64,000 nucleotides of DNA from Octopus vulgaris (Eukaryota). The stretch is taken from assembly GCA_951406725.2 (NCBI GenBank), contig OX597824.1, positions 41,788,001-41,852,000 of the forward strand. Reading direction: 5' to 3'. Both the position numbers and the translations under genes were made by a program. Shown in pieces: positions 40,967-55,353 of the stretch (position 1 is the stretch's first letter; each line of letters begins with the position of its first letter). The notes under the pieces were generated by a model. The model worked only from the letters and a program-made list of their open reading frames with translations. It made no database searches and was not told the DNA's origin.

Positions 40967-41155
40967 TTATTTTATAGAAGGAGCTTCTACAGGACTAGAA
41001 CTGTTTCATTCAAATGAAATTTTTCAAATGATTTTTTTCATTTGAATGAAACAGTTCTAGTCCTGTAGAAGCTCCTTCTATAAAATAAATTAATTTACTC
41101 TACTATGTATTGAGTACCTTATTTACTGTGGTTAACCCCGACTCAACCCGGGACC

Positions 41156-41205
<50 letters not shown>

Positions 41206-41377
41206 CATATATATGACGGGCTTCTTTCAGTTTCCGTCTACCAAATCCACTCACAAGGCTTTGGTCGGCCCGAGGATATAGTAGAAGGCACTTGCCCAAG
41301 GTGCCATGCAGTGGGACTGAACCCGGAACCATGTGGTTCGTAAGCAAGCTACTTACCACACACCCACTCCTACTCCT
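40668..41377 (-). mobile_element. SINE family A with a nested palindromic PLE remnant
   Basis: Young SINE halves at 40668-40880 and 41210-41377. Confidence 0.9.
40965..41158. mobile_element. PLE-type palindrome with the 3' half of an HHR
   Basis: 55 bp perfect arms 40965-41019/41036-41090; GAAA CAGTTCTAG TC ctg. Confidence 0.7.
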
Positions 41378-41379
41378 GT

Positions 41380-42027
41380 TTACTCAACCGCTACAATGAA
41401 GAAGTCAAAGTCCATGGCATTAAATCAGACTTCAAAGGCAGAGTATGGAGTGGAAATACCCGGAATCGGCAGCGACTGAGAAATCCTAGTCACAAACCTC
41501 CACAGAAAGAGTGATGCTAGCCGTTTATTGGGACACAAAACCTTGCCCGGAAAAGTGGTCTACAGTCTCACCAGTGTAGACTACAGTGAAGTGCTGGCCA
41601 ATGATATGAAACCAGCAATTCGTACTAAACGTAAATACGACTGTTGCACGACAATGCACGCTCACATACGATCGCACTCACCGCTGAAATCATTAAGAAA
41701 TTGGGTTTCGAGTCGCTGGAACACTCAACATACATTCCGGATCTCGCCTCTTCCGACTATCACCACTTTCGACTGCTCAAACATCCTTTACCAGGTGGAC
41801 AGTTTGCTACGGACGAAAGAGCGAAGGAAACGGTGCATAAACGGCTACGCGACCAGCCGAAATCCTTCTTATCCGATGGAGTAAGCAAGCTTGTGGATCG
41901 CTTGAAGAAGTCCATCGAAAAAAACCAGGAGACTATATCGAAAAAGGGTGTCATTGTTCAATTCTTGCTGTTATTTCAATAAATTACAGAAAAAAGACTG
42001 CGTATAATTTTTGAGTTATCCTGGTAT
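41380..42027 (+). mobile_element. Mariner transposon, catalytic domain and right TIR
   Basis: RQSMEWK; HDNARSH; YIPDLASSDYHHF (YSPDLAPSD type); TIR 'tgcgtataatttttgagttatcctggta'. Confidence 0.9.
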
Positions 42028-42351
42028 AAGAGTATGTATTATGTATGTATGTATGTATGTATGTATGTATGTATGTATGTATGTATGTATGTATGTATGC
42101 ATGTATGCATGTATGTTTGTATGCATGTATGCATGTATGCATGTATGTATGTATGTATGTATGTTTGTATGTATGTATGCATGTGTATATATATATATAT
42201 ATATGTGAGTGTGTGTATAAATATATCTGAAGAATATGTATAAATGTGAGTATATGTATATGTGTTTATATGTATGGGTATACATACATATGTACAAGTA
42301 TATATGTATTCCTCTAAACCTGTCTATGTATCAAATTATCTAACATACTTG

Positions 42352-42408
<57 letters not shown>

Positions 42409-42593
42409 CAGTTGCGGATTACTTCAGATTCGTTAAGCTACATAACTTTTCCAAGTTCCTGCAACCTACCAATTTTCAGACAGATCTGGAACAAAGTGAT
42501 ATGTACCCATCATTTAGATCTTGATAACACTTGCAAATTCAATATATATATATACACACGTGTGTGTGTATATGTGTGTATGTGTGTGTGTGT

Positions 42594-42630
<37 letters not shown>

Positions 42631-42801
42631 AGAGAGAGTCCGTGAAAAAAAGGAGTGTGTCTGTGCTTGCCTGTATCTGTATATGGGATATTTACACTCT
42701 TTTCACTCTCGCGTCATTACCCGTATCAGTCGTTCTCTCTCTCCCCCCCCTGATTCCTCTCTCTCTCTCTCAGTCACAAGTTCTATTACTTAAACTTTTT
42801 C

Positions 42802-42836
<35 letters not shown>

Positions 42837-43074
42837 ATTGCTTCTGTTTGTTGCTCTATTAGTCTCTAATTATCTCTTATATCCTTTCTTTCTCTTCCTC
42901 TCTTTATCCCCATCATTCTCTCTTTTTCTCTTCCTCTCTTTCTCTCATACCAACCTCTCACTTTCCCTCCCTCTGCCTTAAATACTGCACAATCTCTACA
43001 TTTCTCTCTCTGTCTCTGTCTCTCTCTCTGTCTCTCTCTCTCTCTCTCTATTTCTCATTCCATTTTTACAACCG

Positions 43075-43310
43075 GAACCGATGCCAGTGCAACGACAATT
43101 AACCAATCTGCTGGCAACAAAGCATCAAGCCAGCTATTGCTAAAAGGAAACGAGTGGAAAGATGGGAAGGAGATGCATAGGGGAATGCGAAAACGGAAGT
43201 GACATCACCGGGGGCGGAGTCCGTACGAGAAAAAATGAAATATGGCTGACATTTGTGAAGACAGGATATGTACAAATTATCTGCTCTCATTCCGCTTTCT
43301 CAAGTTGCGA
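43075..43310. promoter_or_regulatory. Candidate cis-regulatory island
   Basis: CCAAT, ETS-like CGGAAGTG, TGACATCA and GC box GGGGCGGAG within about 115 bp of apparently unique sequence. Confidence 0.35.
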
Positions 43311-44146
43311 TCACGCATACATATATAGTCGTTGATACTAACATATATATATATATATATATACATACACACTAGGCACACGAGTAAATATATATATACA
43401 CACATATATTCGTATGTATGAATATGTATGCATATATATATGTGTGTGTGTGTGTGTGCGTGTGTATGTGTGTGTGCATGTGTGTGTGTCTGTGCGTGTG
43501 AGTTTGTGTGTATATCTATGTACGCGCGTGTGTTTGTGTATGCATACATATAGAAACATGTATTCCAGTGCATTTATCTGTAATTTTATTTTCAGTTTAA
43601 ATATTTCATTTCCCATCTCACTCCCCCCTCTCTCTCTCTCTCTCTCTCTCTATCTATTTGTCTATCTCCCTGTGTCATATCTGTCTATCTTCATGTCTGT
43701 CTGTCTGTCTATCTCCATATCAGTCTGTATGCATGTCTGCCTGTTTATCTGTTTGTCTGTTTGTCTGTCCGCCTGTCTCTCCGTTACATCTGGTTAATCT
43801 GTTTCTTTCATTTTTCTTGCCCTTTCTTTCCCTTCTACTCTCCTAATCTCTCAGACTGTCTATATACGTATCTAAATATATGTGATAGTTAAACATATAT
43901 AGATTATATATGTGCTTATGTGAGTTCGTGTGTGTGTACATACTCACACACACACACACACACACATATATATCCATGTATATATTCATATATATAATTA
44001 TATACATACATGCATCCTTACATACATACACACACACGCGTATGCATATACATATATATGTATATAAATTTATGTATATATACATACATATATATGCATA
44101 AATATATACCTACTTATATATGTGTGTGTGTAAATGTTTATATGTA

Positions 44147-44211
<65 letters not shown>

Positions 44212-44317
44212 TATATACATATATATATATAAATTTATGTATGTATACATGCATAAGTATATATGCATAAATATATACCTACTTATATATGTTTGTGTGT
44301 AAATGTGTATATGTATG

Positions 44318-44354
<37 letters not shown>

Positions 44355-45067
44355 ATGCATACGTCCGCTCACATGCACATATGTATACGTATGTACATTC
44401 CCGTATCCTACATACGACTGTATATTTCTTTTTCAATGGAAGCAGACTTGCTGCCAGCAATTTCATGAAACTGCTGGCAATAACATAAATACTCTTATTG
44501 ACCCAGAGACAGACAAGTTCCACGTTCCTGTCTGGAGGTTTCGAGAGCAGCGAAAGTACCTGCCTACCATAACTTGGTGCCTATTTGACAAGAACTCTCC
44601 TCATTCGTATTGACTATGTGACTGAGTAGGTCTGATAAACTCTCCATATTGAAAAATCCACGGTATCTTTGAACTTTCATATCGTTATCATTTATATAGC
44701 TCTTTAATAGCCAGTTTTAAGCCATTAATTGATAAAGTTGTTTTATAATTTTTACTGGTACTTTATTGGAAGTTCACCAGAACTTTTTATGAAAGTAAGA
44801 GAAAGATCTCTTGTTTATTGCGTTTGAGTTTTTCCCACGATTAGCAGCCTAAAAACCAATAAGAAAGAACTTTACATTTTTCAATGACAACCAGACTTCT
44901 TCAGTGTCGAATGCCTTACAACATCAGATAACTTGGACACGCTGCTATATTTGTGAATCTGAGTAAGTTTGAGTTAAGTCACAAAGTTCTTACGCGCACA
45001 CATGTCAACTATTAATGACCTGTAAGGATACCGTATTTCGTTATGCAGCCATATAAGCAATATGTTG

Positions 45068-45368
45068 TGGAGGCGCAATGGCCCAGTGGTTAGGGCAGCG
45101 GACTCGTGGTCGGAGGATCGCGGTTTCGATTCCCAGACCGGGCGTTGTGTGTGTTTATTGAGCGAAAACACCTAAAGCTCCATGAGGCTCCAACAGGAGG
45201 TGGTGGCCACTCCTGTTGTACTATTTCGCCTCAACTTTCTCTCACTCTTTCTTCCTGTTTCTTGAGTAACAGGAAGTGTGTGTTCAGCTGGGGGGAACAC
45301 ATACGCCATAGAAACCGGGAAACCAGGCCCATGAGGCTTGAAAAGGGCGCATAATTAATAAATTAAAT
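45068..45368 (+). mobile_element. SINE family C, tail type 1
   Basis: Paralogue of 21452-21770. Confidence 0.88.
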
Positions 45369-45403
45369 AAGCAATATGTTCGTGAATGATTAATGAGTTG
45401 GAT

Positions 45404-45458
45404 GGGTGCTGATGAAGGAGCAAAAACTCCTGAAATATGGCATATACGTCTGTTGCCC
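45404..45458 (+). ncRNA. Type I hammerhead motif
   Basis: gggtg CTGATGA AGGAG caaaaa CTCCT GAAA tatggcatatacg TC tgttgccc. Confidence 0.7.
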
Positions 45459-45662
45459 AGTTTTCATCTTCGATCTCATAGTTGTTTGCATCAGGCATCT
45501 CGGATACGAAACGTCGTAACAAAATCACTGCTGGCCATAATCTCTATAGAAAATCAGTAGAGATAACCTTAACACACGTCAACTGTTTCTATTGATAACA
45601 TTATGGTGGGCCCCTGCTTAATCGTGTACTTATATGTGGCTATGTATTGTGTCAATGCTTGC

Positions 45663-46077
45663 AGGCGTAGGAGTGGCTGTGTGGTAAGTAGTTTGCTTAC
45701 CAACCACATGGTTCCGGGTTCAGTCCCACTGCGTGGCACTTTGGGCAAGTGTCTTCTACTATAGCCTCGGGCCGACCAAAGCCTTGTGAGTGGATTTGGT
45801 AGACGGAAACTGAAAGAAGCCCGTCGTATATATATAAATATATATATGTTTGTGTGTGTATATGTTTGTGTCTGTGTTTGTCACCCCAACATCGCTTGGC
45901 AACCGATGCTTGTGTGTTTACGTCCCGGTAACTTAGCGGTTCGGCAAAAGAGACCAATAGAATAAGTACTAGGCTTACAAAGAATAAGTCCTGGGGTCGA
46001 TTTGCTCGACTAAAGGCAGTGGTCCAGCATGGCCACAGTCAAATAATTGAAACAATTAAAAGAGTGAAAGAGTAAAG
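45663..46077 (+). mobile_element. SINE family A, young full-length copy
   Basis: Near-identical to 1855-2265. Confidence 0.92.
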
Positions 46078-47079
46078 AGAGAGTATATATGCCATTTATC
46101 AGAAACAGTTCGGCAACAGCCTGATAAGTGCCTCAACGTTTAGATTGTTGTCCACACTTATGAATATTACATTGTTGAGTGTTGATGTGTGGTAGACAGG
46201 CGGACGAATATTTCAGCGAACGGAAACCGATGCTATTTTTCGATTTTCTATTTGAACTATTTTACTCAAATTACATCACAGTTAGTCTCGTTATGTGAGG
46301 CATGAGTATCACAACGGAGATTATTATCCTATTATCCGAAATCAATATTACTAATGATGCTTGGATCGAGAAATACTACTGGTTTGTTATTACTAAATTA
46401 CTAGATTATACACGTACTGGTATAGATAATATAGTCAACTGCTTGGTTTTCGAACTTGAACAGCGGGTGATCAGACTTCACAAAATGCTGGTTTGCTGCC
46501 GCGAGAATAATCGGAGCTGGATAAGAGCTATGTTTTTCATGCAGGTTTGATTTTACTAAGTCACTTGCTAGCTCAAGCGATATCTCTGAGAGAAGGCTGA
46601 ATGTAGATCAATTCTTGAAAGTAGGGGTTCAATTAAAAGTACCCATCTGTGGGACGCCATCCTCTGTTGATAATTCTCAGGAAAGAGAACAGTCCAGAAT
46701 ATATTGAATCATGCTATTTTATCGACCTGAGAAGAATGAGAAGCCGAACTGACCGCAGTGGAATTTGAATCGTGCGTGTAAAAGACAGTATCATTATTAC
46801 AAAGCGTTTTGTTAGTGACTCAAAATACACGAACTCCTTTTATATCATCAGTATAACTGCTTTATTGAATGCAGAAGAAGGAAAGGGGCATAATGAGAAT
46901 CGACAGTAATATAGTAAACTCCTTCATATGCAGCAACAATGGGACCTCAGAATTGCCGGATAACTGAATTTTTCTGGATATCTGACCATCACTTTTTGAA
47001 TTACCATAACAGTTTCTAAAAAATTCGTTAAAAAGACTCATCAAAACTACATATACATCAATATTATCATTAACATTAA

Positions 47080-47245
47080 TCCGGAGAGCTGGGAGAATCG
47101 TTAGCACCCCTGGCAAAGTTCTTAGTGGCTATTCATCCGTCATTCTAAGTTCGAATTCCGCCGAGGCCGACATTACATTTCATCTTCGGGACGATAAAAT
47201 AAGCAACAGCTTTTTCGAAATTGCCTTGTGCAAAATTTGAAATCA
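47080..47245 (+). mobile_element. SINE family B
   Basis: 'gagctgggagaatcgttagcac...aattccgccgaggccgac'. Confidence 0.75.
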
Positions 47246-47602
47246 ATACTATCATTAACATTCTGAATATTGAAGAAATGAGAGAAATGGAAAGAAAAAT
47301 ATAATATAATTAACGAACAAGCTTTATTAACCAAATAAAATATAGGCATTGTAAATGCAACAAAATAAAATACTGTACTATATTTTGAGAAACAACCAAC
47401 TATTTTAGATACAGTAGATAAAATTTCTTTCTTTTAGTAACAATCAGTTAATTACCACAAATTAGTACAAATTCTCATTAACAACACATTTTCTTTTCTT
47501 TTTCCTGGGTTCCAGTTTCTTGAGAGTTCCAGTTAATTGAGTACTGAAGAAGAAGGAGTTTTCCATATTTGGGGTATTTCATATTTGACTCAATGTATTT
47601 GT

Positions 47603-47812
47603 TTCAAAGTTTGGCACAAGGCCAAAAATTTCGGGGTTAGGGATTAAATCGATTGCATCGACCCCACTGCTCGACTGGTACTTATTTTATCGACCCCGAA
47701 AGGTTGAATAACAAAGTTGATCTCAGAGGAATTTGAACTCAGAACGTAAAGGCGGACGAAATGCTGCTAAGCATTTTGTCCGATGTGCTAGCGATTCTGC
47801 CAGCTCGCCACC
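47603..47812 (-). mobile_element. SINE family B
   Basis: 'gattctgccagctcgcca' end and 'atcgaccccgaaagg' core. Confidence 0.8.
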
Positions 47813-47892
47813 ATTTTTGACTCAATATATTGCCTGAGATAAGTTGAAAGAATAATTAACTTCTCTCTCTCTCCTCTTTCTTCTTTCTCTCT

Positions 47893-47941
<49 letters not shown>

Positions 47942-49060
47942 TTCTCTCTCTCTCTTCATCTCTCAGGCTAACGGTCAGTCTTGAAACATTAGATGTCACT
48001 CCGATATACAACATACTAACTTATCCATAATTTTGAACTGTACTCTTTAAGTTAATATAGTGGAGATATGTTTGCCATATTTACTGGATAATGGAATATG
48101 AAGATGACACGTCACTGAAAAGGTTACTAATTCGTAAAAACAGAATCTTTTTCCTGCTACTGGAGATGTTCGTTTGAACTCGTTTCTCGTTCTTAACAGA
48201 AACATGATTCCTCGTATATGAGGCCTTATTTACAAAAATAATTTAATAAAAAAGAATGAAAAAATGAGAGAAAAAAGTAATGAAAAAAATCTGCTTCTAG
48301 CTAACGCTGCTGTTTACAACACTATTTTCATCACATGATCGCTTGATCACATGATTAACACTGAGTACAATTTAGATGGATTATCTTTTCAACAATATGC
48401 TTCTAGCTAAAACTGAACTCGTGCCATAACTTTTCCATGAAATGTGATTCCCGAAATTACGCCCCAACATTTTTGCTAATAAATTCCTTGCAATTACCAA
48501 GACAGACTTTTTTCGCTTTTTATGGAATTAAGTGGTTGTGAAAGGATTCTACTCCTCCTTCTCCTCTCTCTCACCCCTATTTTCTCTGTCACTCACATTC
48601 CTCACTTAACTTTACCTGTTTCGTTGTTATCTTTCCTTTCAGAACTGTAAGCAAATCACGTAGATTTGTTACTACATGTTTAGCTTTCAGCAGTGACCAC
48701 ATGTATCTTCGAGCGAATGAAAAAAAGCTCTAAGCTCTATCTACTACAAAGAGATGCCTATCAAATCTATCTGGAGCAACCGCTACCTCAGAATTTGATA
48801 TAAAGCAAACTTAAATTGTAGCCTCACTGCAAAATGTTAACAGAAGTAAAATAAAAATTAAGATAAAAAAAAGTTATTGCAGCTGAAGCAGTATTTGTTC
48901 AAAATAGCATCATGTATATCTTACTTAACGTGGATATAATATAGAATATCACAAAACTGCTGTATTTGTTTTCAGAAAGCTCGTGTAGACGTATAGCGCT
49001 TAAAAGCGCAGAGGTATATCCGCAGAGGACGAAAAGCATCCAGCAGCGTTGATGGAATTG

Positions 49061-49099
49061 GTAAATGAGCATTTCTGTGTTTTTGCGCGTCATCAGTAG
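49061..49099 (-). ncRNA. Degenerate hammerhead motif
   Basis: ta CTGATGA cgcg caaaaa caca GAA ATGCTCAT T ta; same caaaaa loop as 45404. Confidence 0.5.
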
Positions 49100-49769
49100 C
49101 AAGTATCGACTATCAATCATATGCTTAGACAAATTTTGTCACTACTGATATAAGAAAACGGTGACTAACTGATGTTGTAAATAGACGGTGAGCTGCGTAA
49201 GAATTCGTTATTAGCAACGGAAACAGAATACTCCGTTAACATTAAAAAATTTGGGGTTCTTCTGCGAAGTTTTATGTCTGGGATTCACTGGAGAACAAGT
49301 ACTTACATCTTATGATTATGAAAAGATTGGCAATCTATAGTTACTTATATTGCACAGAAATAAGAATTAGAATGGTCGTTCATCCGGTAGTCAGGTTTTA
49401 ATTAAACAATTACAGATACATTAGGTAGAGTTTAACGGATGATCTAAAAAATGTAGATAAGATATGCCTTTATTATTTTAATACAATAAAGTATCACTCA
49501 CGGATTAAAGTCGTTAGCATCGACTAATCGCCTCCTCAAAATTGCCGGTCTTGTGCCTAAATTGAAAATAATTATTTACGCTATATTTTTTGCTTTTTGT
49601 TGCTATATATGTATATGCATATTCTTTTATTCGTTTCACTCATTTGATTGCGGCGATACTGGGCGTACCATATATATGCAGTTTTACATATACATGTTCG
49701 TACACATGCATATACACATACATACAAATGCCGGCAACTTCTCAACACCCCTCATATATATATATATAT

Positions 49770-49976
49770 ATCCTGTAAATAATAATAATGCTATTTATAT
49801 AAACTTAAATCTTATAGCGATCTCCGTGCAATGACTAAGAAAATAAGCCCTCGACGGAAAAAAGGCTTTCCTATCGGCTTATATGCCCGTTTATTAGACT
49901 ATTTTCCTTAGTCATTGCACAGTGGTCGCTATAAACTTTACCCTCATATAAATGCCATTATTATTATTTGCAGGAT
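49770..49976. repeat. Imperfect inverted repeat between (TA)n tracts (PLE-type)
   Basis: 49770-49845 pairs with 49900-49976. Confidence 0.7.
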
Positions 49977-50018
49977 TGTAAAACACGGCACCGTATAACA
50001 AAACCATTCGCACCGAAT

Positions 50019-50076
<58 letters not shown>

Positions 50077-50267
50077 TAATCCAAACGGGAAAACAGAAAA
50101 AACAACAACACGTGGAACAATTACAGTATTATTATTATTAGGCGCTCATAAAAAGGAAATGAAGAAAATGCTGACAAAATAATTTAAGTAAGGGAGAGTG
50201 TATTTAATTAGGTAAAAGTTCTTTACCGGTTGCGCATTTGTTATGCTTATCAAAATATATTTTTTTA

Positions 50268-50304
<37 letters not shown>

Positions 50305-50370
50305 ATAATATATATATGTATATATAATATATTATATATATGTTTATATAATACTTACTTACATGCATAC

Positions 50371-50417
<47 letters not shown>

Positions 50418-50589
50418 TTATATATATATATATGTATATATATGCATGTATGTATATATAGTATTAATAAAATAGGAGATGGAATGTATATTAGACATGA
50501 AGTACAACACACAATTCAACCTAAACTGTACCAGTGTTTTACTTATCATCCATTTCTACATTTTGAATAATTTTCCCATTATATATATA

Positions 50590-50780
50590 TGAAAGTTAGA
50601 GGTGGAAATATCACAGGAGTAAATCTAAGACATTTCAATTTAGAAAGACTTAAGTAAAATGATTTAAAAATTATATAAAGAAAATATAGAATATTGCCGG
50701 TTAGATGATGAATCAAACACAAGGTGATGAGATTCATCATGGAAACCGGTAATATTCTATATTTTCTTTATACAATTTTA
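50590..50780. mobile_element. PLE-type palindrome with the 3' half of an HHR
   Basis: Arms about 50666-50724/50731-50780; GAAA CCGG TA at about 50742; 'aagttagag' terminus as at 7269. Confidence 0.65.
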
Positions 50781-50975
50781 TAGTTACAAATAGAAGTAAA
50801 CAAACAAAGATATGATTGTGTAATTAAAAAGTTTACTTCCCACCTCCGTGGTTTTGAGTTCAGTTCTACTGCGCGACACCATTCGTAAGTATCTTCTAAT
50901 ATATTCCCGGATCTACCAATATCATGTGAGTGAATTTGTTAGACAGAAACTGTGTGGAAGCAAGTCGTATCTCAA

Positions 50976-51164
<189 letters not shown>

Positions 51165-51734
51165 CCTGAGAGGGAGAGAGAGGGAGATAGAGAGAGAAAC
51201 GTACTTATGATAGTGCTTTATTCTGTATCTTTTAATTCTCCCAGTCGCTGGATTGTGGCAGTGCTGGAGCACCGCTTTGAAAGGTTATAGTCGAAAAAAT
51301 CGACATCTGTTCTTGTTTGTAAGCCTGGTACTTCTTCTATGGGGCTTCTTTTGTCGAACAACTAGGTTACGGGGCGAAAACAAAACAACAACGGTTTTCA
51401 GGCGTTCGGTGGAAAAAAACACGAACCCAAACACACACATGTATGTGTGTGTGTATCTCTGTGTGGGTCTATGTGCGTGTGTGTTTGTATGTTCGAGGTC
51501 CACTTTGCCTTTTATACTTTCGGGGTCGATGAACTAAGTACTAATTGTTCTGGGGTCAATCTAATTGACTGGCCTCCTCCACCAAGATTTCGGACCTTGT
51601 GCCTCGAGTAGAAAAGATTATTATTATCTTCTACAGAACATTATGAAACTCATGCAACCTTCATGTGAATAATTTTGTCATTAACTGTTTCATTAATGTC
51701 TAATTTTACATCAATTTACATATTTAATCACCGT

Positions 51735-52013
51735 GATCACCGTGATCGATCAGGCTATCAGATGTTGCTACACATCGCTGGTCACAATGAACTTCGCATT
51801 GTTTTACCCTTCAAATGACGCCACCCCGCTGGCTAAGCGAGCAGGCCAACATAAGAAAGAGTGAAAGTTGTGGCGAAAGAGTACAGCAGGGATGCCCCCT
51901 CCCCCGCTGGAGCATCGTGGAACTTTTAGGTATTTTCGCTCAATAAACACTCACAACGCCCGATCCTACAACCGCGAGTTCGCTGCCCTAACCACTGGGC
52001 CATTGCACTTCCA
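51735..52013 (-). mobile_element. SINE family C, tail type 2
   Basis: Paralogue of 36975-37273. Confidence 0.85.
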
Positions 52014-52027
52014 CACATTTAATAATT

Positions 52028-52242
52028 GATTCAAATTTTGGCAAGAGGTCGGCAATTCTAGGAAAAGGGGTAAGTCGATATTATCGATGGCAGTGCTCGA
52101 CTGTTACTTATTTTATCGACTCCCGAAATGATGGAAGGCAAAGTCGATTTCAGCGACACTTGAATTCAGAACAAAGATTCTGAAGAAATGCCATTAAGCA
52201 GTTTGTCCGGAGCAGTAACAATTTTGCCAGCTCGTCTCCGTA
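52028..52242 (-). mobile_element. SINE family B
   Basis: 'aaggcaaagtcga...ttgccagctcgtc'. Confidence 0.75.
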
Positions 52243-52320
52243 TATTTACTTTTAACAATAGTCATCACCATTTTCCCTCTATTTTCTCTCTATTGTCAGC
52301 TATTCTTTTCTTTTATTCTC

Positions 52321-52535
52321 TTTTAGTCGAGCAAATCGACCCCAGGACTCATTCTTTGTAAGCATAGTACTTATTCTATCGGTCTCTTTTGCCGAACCGC
52401 TAAGTTACGGGGACGCAAACGCACCAGCATCGGGTGTGAAGTGATGTTGGGTGGGGGTGGGGTACATACACAGACACACAAACATATATACACACATACA
52501 TACATATACATACATACACACACACACACACACAT

Positions 52536-52578
<43 letters not shown>

Positions 52579-52864
52579 AAAACTTCGACCAAAGATTGGT
52601 CTAACTTAATAACACCACCTTATAGGATTATCTAAATCCTGTCTAAGTCAAGTTTTGTTTATGGCCCATTCGAGTAGTGAGTTTCTAAATATATATATGA
52701 GACATACTTCTTTCAGTTTCCGTCTACCAAATCCACTCACAAGGCTTTGTTCGGCCTGAGGCTATAGTAAAAGATATTTGTCCAAGGTGCCACGCAGTGG
52801 GACTGAACCAGGAACCATGTGGCTAGTAAGCAAGCTACTTACCACACAGCCACTCCTACGCCTA
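52321..52864 (-). mobile_element. SINE family A
   Basis: 3' half 52321-52480 and head 52705-52864. Confidence 0.85.
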
Positions 52865-53396
52865 CTTCTATTTATAACTTTTACTTCTTTCCATTGCTAA
52901 ATGCAAATCAGCGTTATATTTTTTCTTTGGTAGTAAATAACACTGGCTTAAAAAGTATATCTGCATCATACGAGGGGATTACATATTACACATACCCACA
53001 TAAATGTTGCTAGTTATTTTTTTAATATTCTGGTGTTTGAAGTTCTTAGTATTTTCTTAGGTCAAGTTGTTATACGTTTCCAGGTTTGTTCTCGAATATA
53101 TCGTATTATATATTTCCTTGTTTTTCTTTAGTCTGTATACGTAATTCTTATTACATAATGTATATTATTTGCAGTCAATACACCTCCCAGATATATAGAA
53201 CATGTTCTGCATCTCAACATTCTTTCGAGAAAGCCATTTATTTGGAAGAAAATGGCTTGTTTTGCTTTGAGAAATATTGACGCTTTTTGAAGTAACAATC
53301 CTTTGTCTTTTTGATGAAATATGTTGTTTTAACTGTATTATATATATATTATTTATCACATATCTGTATTATTTAACGCCATCTTTTCTTATATGT

Positions 53397-53438
<42 letters not shown>

Positions 53439-53450
53439 ATATTATTATAT

Positions 53451-53489
<39 letters not shown>

Positions 53490-53537
53490 CATATTATTAT
53501 ATTATATTATATTATATTATATTATATTATATTATAT

Positions 53538-53599
<62 letters not shown>

Positions 53600-54312
53600 G
53601 TATATGTACGTATGTATGTATGTGTGTATGTATTATGTATGCATTCACTTTTAATTTCGTAAATGACTGAGACGCCTTTTTTACTTTTTCACAATGCAAG
53701 CTAACTCATTCATTTCTTTGTGATGGCATTCAATCTATAAACAATGTCTTCCTTGACACCCAACGATAGGGGTGTGAACTAACTCGTTAACCACGATTCC
53801 AATATTAACATACATTCCGAAGCTGTCTGACAATCCAGCTGCAATTTGTTATTTGCTGTCGTAATCTTACAATGGCGACCATTTTTTTTTCTTTTGCTTT
53901 TTATCTGTGAGATGACTTCTAGTGATCCAAAAACAGAAGGTATTATTATTTATTTTGTCTTTTCTATTTCACCTCCAATATTATTTAATCTCGTGTTTGT
54001 TTTCTATATTTATCTGTAATCACAATAACTGTGAGTTATATTATACTTATTATATTCACTGTATTTTTTTGTAGTCTATAAGAATGTATTGTATGCTTTA
54101 TCAATGACAAACAAGCAAAAAGCTTTACATGCGCCTTCATTATTTATGCCCGTAATGCATCCTGAACTGTGTGCATCCTTACAGTGCTTAACCATCGCAT
54201 TTCTAATGTTGCCATCAATACTTATGTCATTTGTGCTCCGTTTCATAAAAAAGATATTTTCATTGTGTATTCATACTTTGTTCATTTGTTTTCATACGCT
54301 TTGCTCTCAATC

Positions 54313-54408
<96 letters not shown>

Positions 54409-54848
54409 CCTATCTGTCTGTCTATCCATCTATCTATCTGTCTGCCTGTCTGTCTGTCTATCTATCTATCTGTCTGTCTGTCTGTCTATGTATTACGTAT
54501 ATATGTATGTATCTATCTATATGACTATTTATGTGTGTGCGCGCGCGTGTGTACACACACACATACATATATATATATATGTGGGTGTGTGTGTATACAC
54601 ACACACACACATACACACACACACACACACGCACACACACACACACTCACACATATATATATATATATATATAATGGATAAAACACACAGAGTAATTTAC
54701 TTGGAATGTCTATAACTTATCACTATACAATTTCATATCATTGTCTTTAACGTATGAGTGGATAATTTGCTCTGAACGTTTTTATATGTTAATACTGTAT
54801 TATTTGGTTGGGCACTGGTTTCCTATTTATTAACTTTATATCTACTGT

Positions 54849-54949
<101 letters not shown>

Positions 54950-55196
54950 CAGCAACAGCAGTAGTAGTAACGTTTTTGGTGGTGGTGGTGGTGGTGGTAG
55001 CACACTTCCGGTGATGCGTGTACTTGACCCACAACGAATTCTTGTTTGCAAAAATTCTTTTCGTGCCGCAAAGGTTTAAAGAGACAGTCATGAATATCAC
55101 AAAATCATACTCTTCAAGGTGATAACGATGAGCAGCGGCGATGGCAGCAGCGGCAGCAGCAGCAGCAACAGCAATTGTACAGCTACTACTATTACT

Positions 55197-55267
<71 letters not shown>

Positions 55268-55283
55268 TTCTACTACTACTACC

Positions 55284-55350
<67 letters not shown>

Positions 55351-55353
<3 letters not shown>

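Noticed and set aside
44868-44908. CTGAAGA...GAAA AATG TA on minus
   Set aside because: Helices I-III all mismatched
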